A DNA stretch of 64,000 nt, taken from positions 5,391,436 to 5,455,435 of the forward strand of contig OZ241882.1 of NCBI GenBank assembly GCA_965203255.1, given 5' to 3'. This DNA is from Paracoccaceae bacterium (GTDB taxonomy: Bacteria; Pseudomonadota; Alphaproteobacteria; Rhodobacterales; Rhodobacteraceae). The notes under the pieces were generated by a model, which saw only the letters and a program-made list of their open reading frames with translations, made no database searches and was not told the origin of the DNA. The first letter of the stretch is position 1; the number at the start of each line of letters is the position of its first letter. Positions 46,324 through 54,791 of the stretch are shown piece by piece. The position numbers and the translations under genes are program-made.

Positions 46324-47490
46324 CCCGCAGCCGTTCCTCCTGTCCCCGCCGGTCCTGGCGACCGGCTCCGGGGCCAGCGGCGGCGCCTCGCGGCGTTCCG
46401 GGTGGCGGACCACGGCGGCGGGCGTGCTGTGGGAGTGGCTCCCCGGCCCGTCACTGTGGCTGGCGACGCGGCGGTGGTGGCGGTGGACGGACCTCGGGCC
46501 GGGTGGCCGGCGCCGTCGACCGGGATCAGGCAACGGCCGTCGAGAACCGGCTGGCCCTCCAGCGCCCTGCCGCGCCGCAGCCCTGCGGACAGGGTCCTGA
46601 AGACCGGTGGCGGCCGCCTGGGGCCGGCCGTGCCGGGGCGCCTGCGCATGGGGGGGTCGCAGGGCGCCGCCGCGGTCCCGGACAGCGTCCGGAGGTTCCC
46701 GCGGACGATGGCGTCGCCGCGGCTGTCCCTGCCGGACCGCGGGAGCGACGGATACTTCAGCGGGAACATCGCGGACGCCGCCATGAGGTGGTCCCCAGGG
46801 CCGGACCGGCGGTCCCGCCGGAACATTCCGCCAGCGCCCCGACCGGCCCGGGCCTGCCGGGGTCCTTCCGGAACCGCATCGTCCCAGCTCCCGTCAGTGA
46901 GGCCAGCACGGATGCGGCAAGGGCAGGAGCCTATGATGTCCAGAGGATTCCGGGCGGTTTCCGGCCGCCGGGAAGGAAAGGTCCACCAAACCCGGATCAC
47001 GGAACCCCATGGAATACAGAGTCCGGAAGGGCTGGTGGGAATTGCTGGCGGCCCGGTCGCCGCTCGCCCGAATAACGCGAGCCGCCATTCTCTAACGGTC
47101 TCCAAGCCCTCGCGCGTCGGTTCAAGAAAGTCTGAGTTATTAGTTGGCGCTCCGCCGCTTCGAGTGCCGGGGCGCCCCGGATGTCCAGCCTGTTGTGGAG
47201 AACGGTGTCGTCAGGCGGATGCGGATAGCAGGAGTCGCGGTCGCTCATCCTGCCGTGTCGGCGCGGCCGCGATCTTCGATCCAGAGGAGGATACGGGTGC
47301 GCCGCTGCTCGGGCGACCACCCCTCGTGCTTGAACATCTCGACAAGGAGTAAGTTGGTGTGGGGTCAGCAATTGACGTCGCAGCGTGGCATGAGGTTGAC
47401 AGACACACCGGACTAGGCCACGTTCTATACGGCAACTACGCTGATCGCCGACATGGGCGAGAATGGCGCTGACTTGCTGAGGAGGCGGAA

Positions 47491-48228
47491 ATGAAAGCGG
47501 ATATTGAGATCGATGGCACTAAGTACGACGTTGCAGCCGGTTTGGTCAGCGCTCAAGTAATCTATGACTTGGTCGGATGTGACGGCGGACGTCTTTTTCT
47601 TAACCAAGAGGATGACATCGATATTCCGCTCGACTCTGCCAGCTTTATTATAATTAGAGGGCAAGAGTCGTTTGTGACCGGAGAGAGTTCGATTGAAGAC
47701 AATCCGCCACTACGAAAAACAATCCAGCTTAAGCTAAATGGCGAACTAGGCCCAACGCTGCCGAAGGCAATAATTACTGGGAAAGAACTCAAGGCGTTTG
47801 ACACTGAACACTCGGAAGGTCGTCTCTTTGCTGACATTGGTACTGGGCCAGATGCAGAGATAGCAGACGACACGAAGGTTCTGGTACAGGAAGGAAACGC
47901 CTTCTTCGTGATTCCAGCAAGTGACGGTTCTGGTGCTGGAGATCCGATAGACATCGAGAATTGCAGCCGACATGGCCGCCCACCACCTAAGGGGCAAAAA
48001 TATCGAATCAGGATCGATCGAGACAAATACACTATTGAGGAAGAAAAGATCACGGGTATGCAAATTTTGGCACTAGCTGAAAAGACGCCAGAAGAATGGG
48101 CGTTGAACCAGAAGCTAGTAGGAGGGAAAAGAGAACGGATCAGGGCAGACGACTTCGTTGACGTCTCACTACCCGGTGTCGAGCGGTTTGAGACCGTTCT
48201 CCGTCAGGCGCAGCAAGGACGTGAGTGA
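47491..48228 (+). CDS. Multi-ubiquitin-like protein with three tandem beta-grasp (Ubl) repeats
   Basis: Strong RBS GAGGAGG. There are three ~65-aa repeats with the same pattern: IEIDGTKYDV...SAQVIYDLVG...; LKLNGELGPT...TGKELKAF...; IRIDRDKYTIEEEKITGMQILALA.... The C-terminus is ...QQGRE. Confidence 0.65.
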   Translation: MKADIEIDGTKYDVAAGLVSAQVIYDLVGCDGGRLFLNQEDDIDIPLDSASFIIIRGQESFVTGESSIEDNPPLRKTIQLKLNGELGPTLPKAIITGKELKAFDTEHSEGRLFADIGTGPDAEIADDTKVLVQEGNAFFVIPASDGSGAGDPIDIENCSRHGRPPPKGQKYRIRIDRDKYTIEEEKITGMQILALAEKTPEEWALNQKLVGGKRERIRADDFVDVSLPGVERFETVLRQAQQGRE

Positions 48229-48610
48229 CGCCTTTGAACTGCTCCCGGAGGACGTTGAGTACCTTGATGCCAATCATCGAGGTCGATGGCGAAAACTCAA
48301 CGAAGGGAGTGGAAAGTACGGCCTTCTAATTGAGGGTTTTGCTGTTCCGGCTGGGTTCGCGCACTTAACAGCAGACCTTATGGTCCTGATACCTGCAGGG
48401 TATCCTGCATCTCCATTGGATATGTTCTATCTTGATCCACCGCTAAGTAAGTTGAACGACCAAGATGCGGGAGCGCTTTCAATCGAGGAACATTTTGCGC
48501 GTCGATGGCAGCGGTGGTCCAGGCACTATGGGTGGAGGCCGGGCGAGCATGACCTTACTTACCATATCGAATATGTCTGGCACGAACTGCAAGTAGCCGG
48601 CGCGAAATGA
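48221..48610 (+). CDS. E2/UBC-fold protein (Prok-E2_E-like) without any cysteine
   Basis: LMVLIPAGYPASPLDMFYLDPPL is the E2/UEV-type 'YPxxPP' flap. It is followed by RWQRWSRHYGWRPG. There is no Cys in the whole ORF. The GTG start at 48221 overlaps the Ubl stop. Confidence 0.6.
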   Translation: MSDAFELLPEDVEYLDANHRGRWRKLNEGSGKYGLLIEGFAVPAGFAHLTADLMVLIPAGYPASPLDMFYLDPPLSKLNDQDAGALSIEEHFARRWQRWSRHYGWRPGEHDLTYHIEYVWHELQVAGAK

Positions 48611-49998
48611 AACTCCTGACACTAGCGATGACTAGACGAACGCATGAATTGGCGTTCCGATACCTCTTTCCTGGAGATGGATTGGAGGCCGCGGGTGTCT
48701 TTATATGCAATCAAGGATCAGGGAAACATCATCAGAGGCTTGTAGTGGCAGAGTTTGTCGGGCTGTCTTACCCATTGTCTGACAGACGCGTAAACAAGGT
48801 TACGTGGCCGTTCGAAGCACACTTCGCGCCAGACACGATCACCAACATTGATCGGCTGGGCCAATCTGTGATTACAGTTCACTCCCATCCGAATGGCGGC
48901 AACGAATTCTCAAAAATTGATGACGAGAATGATCGGGAACTATTTGCGTCAGTGAACGCGTGGTTTGATGACGGTAGAATTAATGGTGCGGCGATTATGT
49001 TACCGGATGGATTGGTTGTGGCGAGGTCGGTAGAGGAGGACGGTCAGTTTCGCGGCTTCCGTTCAGTCAATGTTGTGGGCGATAACATCTTAATTTGGAG
49101 CAGCAAGGAACGAAAGCGCTCAACTGCATATGAGAGGAAGTTGTCTCAAACATTTGGAGGGGGAACGCTCAATCGACTACGTACAATGAGAGTGGGGGTG
49201 GTGGGCTGTTCAGGAACTGGAAGTATTGTGATTGAGCTATTGGTTCGCAACTGTGTTGGACAGCTCGTGATTGTTGATAATGATGTTCTTGAGGAGAAGA
49301 ACCTCAACCGGATCATGAATGGTTCAGTAGTGGATGCCAAAAACAAACGATCAAAGGTGGAAGCGATTAGGGGGGCAGTTGAACGAACTGGACTTGGGAC
49401 CCAGATCGATGCGTATGATGCGTTGACCGACTCTCCGGAGGTCGTATCAGCACTAGTCGATTGCGATGTGCTCTTTGGCTGTGTGGACTCGGCCTTTGGG
49501 CGGTATCATTTAGAGTGTTTAGCCAGTGCGTATCTGATTCCTTATTTTGATGTCGGAGTGCATATAGCCGCCGACGGGACGGGAGACATCGGTGCTGCCG
49601 ACGCAGTGTCTCATTACGTCCACCCAGATGGGCGCGATTTGTGGTCTCGTGGTGCATACCACATGGATCAGGTGACAGCGGAGAATTGGCAACGAGCGGA
49701 CCCGGGGCACTACGAACGACAGCGCGTCGCTGGATACCTAGCGGCGGTGGGAGAGGAGCAACCGGCAGTAATGTCGGTGAACATGCAGGCGGCATGTATG
49801 GCGTTCAACGACTTTATCGCGCGAGTGCACGCATTTCGGTTTGACCTAGATCGTGACTTTGCTACCCAACGATTTCGCTTGGTTCACGGTTGTTTTGAAT
49901 CCGAAGCGGATGACGGGAAACCACATCGGCTGTTTGAACGGTACCGAGGTACCGGTGACAACAGTCTGCTTGTGCGGAACAATATTCGCCGTGATTAG
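48607..49998 (+). CDS. JAB/JAMM deubiquitinase-like domain fused to an E1/ThiF-like adenylation domain
   Basis: Exact JAMM motif HSHPNGGNEFSKID (HxHx7SxxD). Then a Rossmann motif RVGVVGCSGTGSIVIELLVRNCVGQLVIVDNDVLEEKNLNR and CDVLFGCVDS, which are typical of ThiF/MoeB/E1. ATGA overlap with the E2 gene. Confidence 0.75.
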   Translation: MKLLTLAMTRRTHELAFRYLFPGDGLEAAGVFICNQGSGKHHQRLVVAEFVGLSYPLSDRRVNKVTWPFEAHFAPDTITNIDRLGQSVITVHSHPNGGNEFSKIDDENDRELFASVNAWFDDGRINGAAIMLPDGLVVARSVEEDGQFRGFRSVNVVGDNILIWSSKERKRSTAYERKLSQTFGGGTLNRLRTMRVGVVGCSGTGSIVIELLVRNCVGQLVIVDNDVLEEKNLNRIMNGSVVDAKNKRSKVEAIRGAVERTGLGTQIDAYDALTDSPEVVSALVDCDVLFGCVDSAFGRYHLECLASAYLIPYFDVGVHIAADGTGDIGAADAVSHYVHPDGRDLWSRGAYHMDQVTAENWQRADPGHYERQRVAGYLAAVGEEQPAVMSVNMQAACMAFNDFIARVHAFRFDLDRDFATQRFRLVHGCFESEADDGKPHRLFERYRGTGDNSLLVRNNIRRD

Positions 49999-50356
49999 GT
50001 GGCTGTTCAACCAACTGGCTAAACGGCATCCGTACAGAACGGAGTGGGTGGAGGACCTGCCTGAACGCGTAGCGAGGGATACGGTCTACATCATAGGGGG
50101 AAAGAAGTATCCATTTCAGGCTGCGGTAGTATGTCCTCGGCGCCGATGCCGGCAGATCATCCACTTGGACATATCACCCGAGTTGCAAAAGCGGTGGCTG
50201 ATAACCGAGCATCCGGGCGGCGAGGTATCGTTGCACCCATCCGTGCACGTGACAGGGCGTAGCTGCAAATGTCACTATTGGCTGCAGCGCGGAAGGATTC
50301 GCTGGAGCGGAACGCCGAGCATTTTCGTGCCGAGGGAGAACAGGGATGATTCGTAG
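49991..50356 (+). CDS. DUF6527-like zinc-ribbon protein
   Basis: VVCPRRRCRQIIHLD...LHPSVHVTGRSCKCHYWLQRGRIRW fits the C..C ... PS....C.(C/S)H.w...G.I.W pattern I associate with DUF6527. The GTG start at 49991 overlaps the E1 stop. Confidence 0.5.
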   Translation: MIRWLFNQLAKRHPYRTEWVEDLPERVARDTVYIIGGKKYPFQAAVVCPRRRCRQIIHLDISPELQKRWLITEHPGGEVSLHPSVHVTGRSCKCHYWLQRGRIRWSGTPSIFVPRENRDDS

Positions 50357-51236
50357 GGTCATCGTAAGCCGGTTCAAGAAATTTCACCTTTTCGACTCCA
50401 ACCTGGAGGAGCGGATGGTTATTGCCGGTCCGAACAATTCGGGTAAGTCGACGCTATTGCAGGTTTTGGCGACCTGGGCGGAGCTGGGTGAGATTTGGTT
50501 GCGGAGTATTGCAGACCTAGGTTGCCAGGATTATCAGAGATTGCACCGCGTGGAAGTGAACGTTGCCAGCCTCGGGACGTTGGCGCTGTCTAGCTTCGAC
50601 CAGTTGTGGCATAATCGGGATACGAGAGAGCCGATTACCATCAGAGTATTGGCGGACGACTGGGACGTGGGTTTCGAACTCAGCTATCAGGATGCGACGA
50701 CCGCCATCGTGGAGCCGTTGACAGACATATCGGCACCGCAGCTTGATGCTTATGCGAATAACCCGCCGAAGGCACTCTACGTTCCGTCACTATCAGGATT
50801 GGATATTGACGAGCCCGAATATAGCGAAGGAGTAGTCACCACACGACTGGCTCACGGCAAAGGCGGAATGGTTCTTAGGAATATGGTTCAAGCCACAAGC
50901 CGTGACGATGCAAAATGGCGTACGCTGCAGAATACAATAAAGTCGTTCTTTGGTTTTGAACTTTCGAGACCAAGTGGTGTCGATCCGATAACGGTGCGGT
51001 ACAGGCACTCGGTAACGGACCATTGGTACGATCTGCTTAATGGTGCCGCAGGCTTCCTGCAAACGTTACTAGTGCAGTCCGCTCTCTTGCATTCGAGCGC
51101 GACGCTGTTTCTCATTGATGAGCCGGATGCTCATTTGCACGTGTTGCTCAAGGCGAAGATGTACCGCCTCATACGTGAGCACTGCGACGAAAATGACTGT
51201 CAGGTGCTGATCGCAACCCACTCCGGCAGCATCCAT
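50346..51236 (+). pseudogene. 5' part of a fused AriA/AriB (PARIS)-like ABC-ATPase/Toprim gene, interrupted by IS110
   Basis: Walker A GPNNSGKST, Walker B/D-loop LFLIDEPDAHLH, and H-loop IATHSG. Protein-like sequence ends at ...GSIH (codon CAT at 51234-51236), where the composition switches to GC-rich IS DNA. The start overlaps the upstream gene by 11 nt. Confidence 0.7.
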
Positions 51237-51438
51237 GTTGGAAATCAAGCCCGGATCCGGCTTTTTTCCGACTTTTTCCCGGTTTTTCCGCGGTTCCGTG
51301 TCCGGCTGTCCCGGACCTTTCCACAGCGTTCCCCACAGGCGGCGGCGTCCGGGCGCGCCGAAGGGCCCGCCGGGGAGACCCCGGCCGGCCCGCCGGTGAT
51401 TCGCTTTCGGTGCCGGACGGACGCGGTCCGGCCTGCCG

Positions 51439-52383
51439 TCAGGCGGCGGCCGCCGTCCGGTCCTCCCACATCCGGCGGTCGCGGAGAAGGGCGCTGGCGG
51501 TCACGACCAGCCTGCGCATGACGGCGACGGGGGCGACTTTGTGGGGCTTTCCCCTCTCCCGGAGCCGTTGGTACAGTTCCCTCATGTCCGGGGAGCACCT
51601 GCTGGCCGACAGCGCGGCCATATAGACGACATCCCTCGGCCTGCGGCGTCCGCCGCCGATGTGGCGCCCGCCCTTCAGGGTGCCGCTGTCTCGGGCGAAG
51701 GGGGCCACGCCGAGCAGGGATGCGGCCTGGCGGTTGCCGATGGCGCCCAGCTCGGCCATCCATGCGACCAGCGCCGCGGCGGTGACGGGGCCGATGCCGG
51801 GCACCGAGGTCAGGATGCGGTGGCTGTCGGCGAACTCCGGCGATGCGGCGACCGTCCCGCCGATCCGCCGCTCCAGCGCCACGATGGCGGCGTCGATGTC
51901 CTCGAGGACCCTGCCGACCTCCGTGCCGGGTGCGTCGGCGCCGACCTCCGACACGACGGTCCCCGTCCCGGCGCGCTGGTCCACGAGCTTCTCCCGCAGC
52001 ACCAGCATGTCGCGGAGCCGGTCGATGGCACCGGTGGCCGGCGCCGTGGCCCGCATGTCCGGGAACGCGGCCCCGAAGGCCGCCAGTATCCTGGCGTCCA
52101 CCCTGTCGGTTTTCGCAAGGGCCCCGGCGGCCTTCGGGAGATCCCTCGCCTGCCTCGGGTTCACGACGGTGGCGGAGAACCCCCTGGCGTGCAGCGACTG
52201 CAGAAGCGCCCGGTGCATGCGTCCCGTGGCCTCCATGACGGCCCGCGTGGCGCCGCCCTCCCTGAGGAGGCGGCCGACCTTGCGGAAGCCGACCGTGTCG
52301 TTGGTGGCCGTGAAGTCACGCCCGTTGACGTGGATGTTGAGTGTACGCTTGCTTACGTCGATTCCGGCGACTATGGCTGTCAT
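51439..52383 (-). CDS. IS110-family (DEDD) transposase/recombinase
   Basis: N-terminus IVAGIDVSKRTLNIHV. The C-terminus ...RGKPHKVAPVAVMRRLVVTASALLRDRRMWED is typical of IS110. Confidence 0.9.
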   Translation of the reverse strand: MTAIVAGIDVSKRTLNIHVNGRDFTATNDTVGFRKVGRLLREGGATRAVMEATGRMHRALLQSLHARGFSATVVNPRQARDLPKAAGALAKTDRVDARILAAFGAAFPDMRATAPATGAIDRLRDMLVLREKLVDQRAGTGTVVSEVGADAPGTEVGRVLEDIDAAIVALERRIGGTVAASPEFADSHRILTSVPGIGPVTAAALVAWMAELGAIGNRQAASLLGVAPFARDSGTLKGGRHIGGGRRRPRDVVYMAALSASRCSPDMRELYQRLRERGKPHKVAPVAVMRRLVVTASALLRDRRMWEDRTAAAA

Positions 52384-52700
52384 GCTCTCCCGCTCCTATC
52401 CTCGCGATGATCCGGTTCCGTGAACCCAGGCATCCATCCAGGACCCGGGAGACGGACGGGAGGGCGGGCCGACCACGCTGCCGGACGGATCCGCTGTCGC
52501 GATCCAAGGCCGTATCGGTCCAACCCGTCCTGCGGGGCAGGGCCCCGCACCGCCGCCGCCGGTAGTGGTCCGACGGCGGCGGTCCCGCCACAGGAATGAA
52601 CCGGAGGGACGGCGGAAGGCAACAGGCATGTTTTCCACAGGAAATCGCGCCAGATTTTTCCACAGCCACCTCCTCCTTTCATTTCTGATTCTCTGAACAT
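52384..52700 (-). ncRNA. Candidate bridge (guide) RNA region in the IS110 5' non-coding end
   Basis: A ~317-nt non-coding, hairpin-rich segment upstream of the recombinase, where IS110-group elements are reported to encode a bridge RNA. It contains GCATCCAT (52430-52437), identical to the 8 nt abutting the left junction (51229-51236). Confidence 0.3.
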
Positions 52701-53489
52701 ACGAGGCTGATCGGGGAAGCGGCGAGCGAAAAAGGAGAGAAACTGTTTCTTGTCACTGCAAGCGGTCTTAGGCCAGTTCGTAGGCAGGAGGCGGAGCAAC
52801 TGTTAACTATCTCTAGCGAGGAAATCGTATTGGCGGAAACAACGCAGCGGGTGGTGTATTTGGAAGGAAAGACTGATATTGATATTTTGCGGGAATGGGC
52901 AAAGGCGTTGGATCACCCAGCATGGCAGTACTTGGACAAAGGTTTCTGCGTGCCAACCGCGGAAGGGACGAGTCGAACTTATGCTAAAAAGCACTATCGT
53001 GCACTAAAGGCGCAAGTCCCGACGCTGCGCGCGTTGGAGGTGTGTGATCGAAATGGAGCCAAAGGCGAGCACTGGGATGACCTAGGGCCGGGCGAATTAC
53101 GTACGGAAGAGGGACGTAGGAATACGCCGGAAGGAATGAAGGTATTATACTGGACCCGCTATGAGATCGAAAACTATTTGATCCATCCGAGTGCGATATT
53201 ACGGTTTATCTCGCGGCGTATGGGAAAGGCGGCGAAAGAAGCGGCGGGAGAATACATGGAAAAATACTTACCTCGGGTGCTAATGGAAAGACCATTCGAA
53301 ACCACAGATACCGATCAGATCAAGGGCAAAAAAACAGTCGGTAGAATTCTGAGCGTGGCGGGGGTAGAGCTTGGAGAGTCGGACTACTTCCAAATCGCTG
53401 CTGAGATGTCGGCCAATGAAATACATCCGGACGTCGTAGCTATGCTGGACGAAATAGCGGCTCAACTGACTAGTGTAGCGCCATCGTAG
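52701..53489 (+). pseudogene. 3' part of the AriA/AriB-like gene: linker plus DUF4435/Toprim-like domain
   Basis: An open frame without a start codon runs from 52689: ...HTRLIGEAASEKGEKLFLV...EEIVLAETTQRVVYLEGKTDIDILREWA...ALEVCDRNG...WTRYEIENYLIHP, which are DUF4435/OLD-Toprim-like motifs. It is in phase with the 5' part if the IS is removed. Confidence 0.65.
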
Positions 53490-53812
53490 CAATGACGGTT
53501 CTGCCTGGCTGTCTCCCGGTATCATGCCGCCTTTGCCGGCGTCAGGCAACAGGCGGGCGATGGGAGAGGCGGCGGGGCAGACCGCCCCCGGCCCGCATCA
53601 TGGAACGGAGCGGACCATGGCACAGGAGACGGGGACTCCCGGAAAGGAACGCAGGATATACCGGATCCGCCTTTCGGATGGCGGGAGGGCGGGGCGGCGG
53701 CGTACAGGCGCCGGCACGCCCGGATCCTGCCGCTGGCCGACGGGGCCCGTGACGACGGGGGCCGCACCGGTTCCGGCATCGCGCCGGTCCTGAAGGTCGG
53801 CGTGTCGGCCGC

Positions 53813-54069
53813 CGCAACGCCGCGGCGCGGTCCGTCGACGGCCTCCGGCGGGAGCGTCGGCGCCTGGAGGCCATCGTCCCGCAGGACGGCCCCGCCTCCA
53901 ACGGACCCCGCATCGCCCGCCTGTGGCGGCACGGCCTCCGCTCCGTCCCCGGCGCGAAGCCCGGCGGCCACGCGCCGCCGTTCGCCAGCCCCGGCACACG
54001 CGCGGCCCGGTGCACCGACGCCGACGGCGCCCTGCGCGAACTGCGCTGCCTGAACGGCGCGCCGGCCAG
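53813..54069 (-). repeat. Right copy of the inverted homologous GC-rich repeat
   Basis: This is the reverse-complement match to 46097-46323 (see the left copy). Confidence 0.75.
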
Positions 54070-54772
54070 CGCCTCCCGTCCCGACATCGGGGCCAGCGTC
54101 ACCGGATGCCGGGAGACGGTCACCAGAAGGAAATGCGTCGCGGGGCGCCACCGCGGTCCGGACGGCCCGGCCCACCGGGGCGGGGGGAAACGGAAGGGGC
54201 TCCCCTGGGTCACCGACCTTCCCGTGGACGGCGGCAGCCCCGTGCCGGCCATGCGCGCCGCCCGCTCCCGCTGGCGCACCGGGAACGGGACCCCGGCACG
54301 CCGGGGAACCAGGGCCACCGCTCCGGGACCGGCTTCGGGCACGGAAAGCGGCGCCTGACCAAGGTGCCCGCCATGACGGTGACGCCCGCGTTCCCCACCG
54401 ACCGGACCGGGGCCGCCTCCCGCAGGGTGTTCGCCGCCGCGCCGGGGCGAGGGGGCGGACGGGGTGCCTCCGGGAGGGAACCCGGCAGTGCTTCCCCGGC
54501 TTCCCGGTCCCCGACTGGCGGACCCTCCACCCCGCCCTGACCCACGGGCACGCGGCGGCGGCCTTGGCCGTCGCCGGGCCGTCCGGACGGTCGCCGCCGC
54601 GGCGCGGGGCGCCCAGGCGCGCCTGGGCGCCCGACCGAGCCGCCCACGGGCAGACCCGCGACACATCCCCTTTTTCCGCCGGAACGCCGCCGGAGGCTCC
54701 CGCACGCCCGGATTCCGCCCGAATCCGACGCCGACGCCCGCGCCACGCCGGAAACCGGACCGGAATCTCACT

Positions 54773-54791
54773 GGTGGGAATTTCTGTTTGG
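54773..54791 (+). repeat. ISKra4-like terminal-repeat motif at the edge of a GC-rich block
   Basis: GGTGGGAATTTCTGTTTGG versus the ISKra4 IRL GGGTGTGATTTCTGTATGG: 16 matching columns by eye. A 12-mer GAATCATGCGAC further inward (54851-54862) also occurs at the stop-codon end of the intact ISKra4 transposase. Confidence 0.3.

Larger units (their letters stand above)
51237..52700 (-). mobile_element. IS110-family insertion sequence (approximate junctions)
   Basis: A ~1.46-kb GC-rich insert carrying an intact IS110-type transposase. The flanking reading frames of the disrupted gene join in phase across 51236/52701. There are no obvious long terminal inverted repeats, as expected for IS110. Confidence 0.8.

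Noticed and set aside
45952-47352. Very long ORFs on both strands and in several frames across GC-rich blocks (for example 45952-47352 +, 46269-47105 -, 39167-40300 +, 53542-54957 -, 53522-54664 -).
   Set aside because: High G+C suppresses stop codons, so all six frames stay open. The translations are Arg/Pro/Gly/Ala-rich with no recognisable motifs, and overlapping frames are mutually exclusive. I treat them as composition artefacts rather than genes.
4527-54790. The idea that the GC-rich blocks are group II introns or retrons.
   Set aside because: I found no reverse-transcriptase motifs (YADD-type) in any frame, no domain V-like GAGC...GUAC hairpin, and no GUGYG 5' end.
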